DNA of 64,000 nucleotides from an uncultured Actinomycetota bacterium (GTDB lineage Bacteria; Actinomycetota; Actinomycetes; Streptomycetales; Streptomycetaceae): NCBI GenBank assembly GCA_963816875.1, contig CAWFMG010000003.1, positions 341,683 to 405,682 of the forward strand, read 5' to 3'. Shown piece by piece: positions 62,572 to 64,000 of this stretch (position 1 is its first letter; each line of letters starts with the position of its first letter). The notes under the pieces were generated by a model. It saw only the letters and a program-made list of their open reading frames with translations, ran no database searches and was not told where the DNA came from. The position numbers and the translations under genes were made by a program.

Positions 62572-62919
62572 ATGACCATCATGAACTTCGACGGCCTGCG
62601 GGCCGCCGAGAGCGGGGCCGGGAGGAAGGCCGGACTCCCCGAGATGCGGGCGAGGTTCGCCGAGATCGCCTCGGACCCGGGCATGTTCGGCGAAGTGCCG
62701 GGCGCCGACCGGGCCGCCGCGGCCCTGGAGACGGCCGCGCTCACCATGCTGACCGAACTGGAGCGGGCGGGAGTCTCGGTGGACGACATCAGCCGCAGCG
62801 CCGCCGCGGCGGCCGACACGGGCGAGAGTCACGAGGCCGCCGCGCGGCGGACGCTGACCAACGCCCACGACGCGGCGTACTCCACCTTCGTGGACCGCAT
62901 GGCGACAGAAGGGCGCTGA
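62572..62919 (+). CDS. Hypothetical small protein (115 aa), same operon
   Basis: ORF 62572..62919. Starts 4 nt after the previous stop. Confidence 0.4.
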   Translation: MTIMNFDGLRAAESGAGRKAGLPEMRARFAEIASDPGMFGEVPGADRAAAALETAALTMLTELERAGVSVDDISRSAAAAADTGESHEAAARRTLTNAHDAAYSTFVDRMATEGR

Positions 62920-62926
62920 GGCGCGC

Positions 62927-64000
62927 ATGGCAGACACGGAAGGCCGGTTCTACGAGGCGATCCGGAAGGTCACCAGCGCACAGTACGTCGCCATGCGGGC
63001 CGCCGGGGCCGCATGGGACGCGCTGGCGCGCGCGGCCGGCACCGAGGGCGGCGAGTTGTCCGCCTCGGCGGCCGAGGCGGAGACCGAGCCGGGCGAGGGA
63101 CTGCTGATCCTCTCCGACCGGCTCGGCGAGGCCGGTGGCTGGGCCGACGGCGCGGGGACCGTGGCCCGGCAGATCGCGGATCAGCTCATGGGGGCCGCCG
63201 AGCGGTCGGCACAGGCCACCGAGCGGGCGGTCCAGCTCGACGAGGAGTACGGCGAGGTCGACGCGCAGCTCGGGCGCGACATCGAGGCGATCGACGCCGG
63301 CATGGCCATCAACGTCAAGACCGCGGCGGCGGAGCAGAAGAAGGAGGAGCTGATCCAGCGGGCCAACGAGGAACTTGACGCGCTCGGTGAGGAGTTCGCC
63401 AGGGTCATCGGAGGCGAGGCGCCGAGGGCACCGGGCGGCGGCGCGGGCGCGACCGCCGCCGCCGGCGGCTACGCCGACGCTTCCGCCGCCGACGCTTCCG
63501 CCGCGGGCGCGGCCTCCACGGCCGCGGCGGCCGGCGGCGGCGTGGCCGGCGGGATCGCTGCCGGTGGCGCCGCCGGGCAGGCGTCCCCGGCCTACGCCGA
63601 GGGAGCCGCCGCCGACTACGCCGCCCCCAACGGCAGCCAGATCGGCGCGGGGGAATACCCCCACGCCAGCGTCCTCGGCCCGGAGCAGGGCGACTTCGCC
63701 GGCTGGGTGCAGAGCCCGACCACGGGCTACCTGGTCGATCCGGCGACCGGGCGGGAGTTCGACCCCGACACGAACCGGTGGATCGACCCGGTGACCGGGC
63801 AGCCGTTCGGCGAGGTGACCGAGTACGCCACCCGGCTCGCCGGACTCGCCGACGGCCCAGGGGCGCTCGCCACCCCCGGGGCCGGAACACTCACCGCCGG
63901 CGCCGCCGCCGTGGGCGGCGCCGGCCTGCCGGGTCTGTACGGCGGCATCATGCCGCCCAGCGTGGGCCCCACCGGGCCGGCGCGCGGCCAGGTGATGCGG
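62927..64000 (+). CDS. Helical N-terminal domain + Ala/Gly-rich linker + DPxTG-repeat protein; 3' end outside window
   Basis: My own translation from ATG 62927. The frame is open to the window end, so it is not in the ORF track: MADTEGRFYEAIRKVTSAQYVAMRAAG...EQKKEELIQRANEELDALGEEFARV...GYLVDPATGREFDPDTNRWIDPVTGQPFG... Confidence 0.5.
   Translation, partial: MADTEGRFYEAIRKVTSAQYVAMRAAGAAWDALARAAGTEGGELSASAAEAETEPGEGLLILSDRLGEAGGWADGAGTVARQIADQLMGAAERSAQATERAVQLDEEYGEVDAQLGRDIEAIDAGMAINVKTAAAEQKKEELIQRANEELDALGEEFARVIGGEAPRAPGGGAGATAAAGGYADASAADASAAGAASTAAAAGGGVAGGIAAGGAAGQASPAYAEGAAADYAAPNGSQIGAGEYPHASVLGPEQGDFAGWVQSPTTGYLVDPATGREFDPDTNRWIDPVTGQPFGEVTEYATRLAGLADGPGALATPGAGTLTAGAAAVGGAGLPGLYGGIMPPSVGPTGPARGQVMR

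Noticed and set aside
1-64000. CRISPR arrays, rRNA genes and insertion sequences or transposases.
   Set aside because: No regularly spaced repeat-spacer arrays, no rRNA-like sequence and no DDE- or IS-type transposase motifs were seen on either strand. The only recombinase is the AICE integrase.

Overview
High-GC (roughly 70%+ by eye) actinomycete, Streptomyces-like chromosomal DNA from an accessory, tRNA-rich region. About 60 protein genes are supportable out of several hundred track ORFs; most long ORFs are off-frame or antisense shadows rich in R/P/G/A. All family calls come from motif recognition by eye and need HMM or BLAST confirmation.

Landmarks, in order:
1. A GT2 glycosyltransferase coupled to a GntR regulator, a FadR-type regulator, a GNAT and a second GT2 paralogue (0.4-5.6 kb).
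2. A 12.7 kb actinomycete integrative and conjugative element (AICE) inserted in tRNA-Phe (5847-18502), bounded by a perfect 59-bp direct repeat. It carries a KorSA-like GntR with three copies of a palindromic operator, an Spd-like operon, traB and clt-like repeats. Its replication, excision and integration module carries about 8 frame disruptions.
3. tRNA-Phe and tRNA-Asp, a LigD-phosphoesterase-like gene and a membrane-anchored NACHT-like NTPase.
4. A 3.4 kb lower-GC islet between a duplicated acyltransferase 3' end. It holds a DUF262 (GmrSD-like) gene translationally coupled to hipA, with no hipB.
5. A housekeeping and regulator block, followed by a copper module: CsoR-type boxes, a secreted protein and a P-type ATPase.
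6. A peptide export locus: a double-glycine-leader precursor, HlyD, a C39-peptidase ABC transporter and a second ABC with a Gly/Tyr-rich insert. The two ABC genes have no stop codon between them. A sulfotransferase is divergent from the precursor and a sigma/anti-sigma fusion lies downstream.
7. tRNA-Glu, an AfsR/SARP regulator, a DEAD-box helicase and tRNA-Lys, followed by a WXG100-like operon.

The two strongest candidates for an undescribed system are the HipB-less DUF262-HipA pair and the RaxX/RaxST-like peptide, sulfotransferase and exporter locus.
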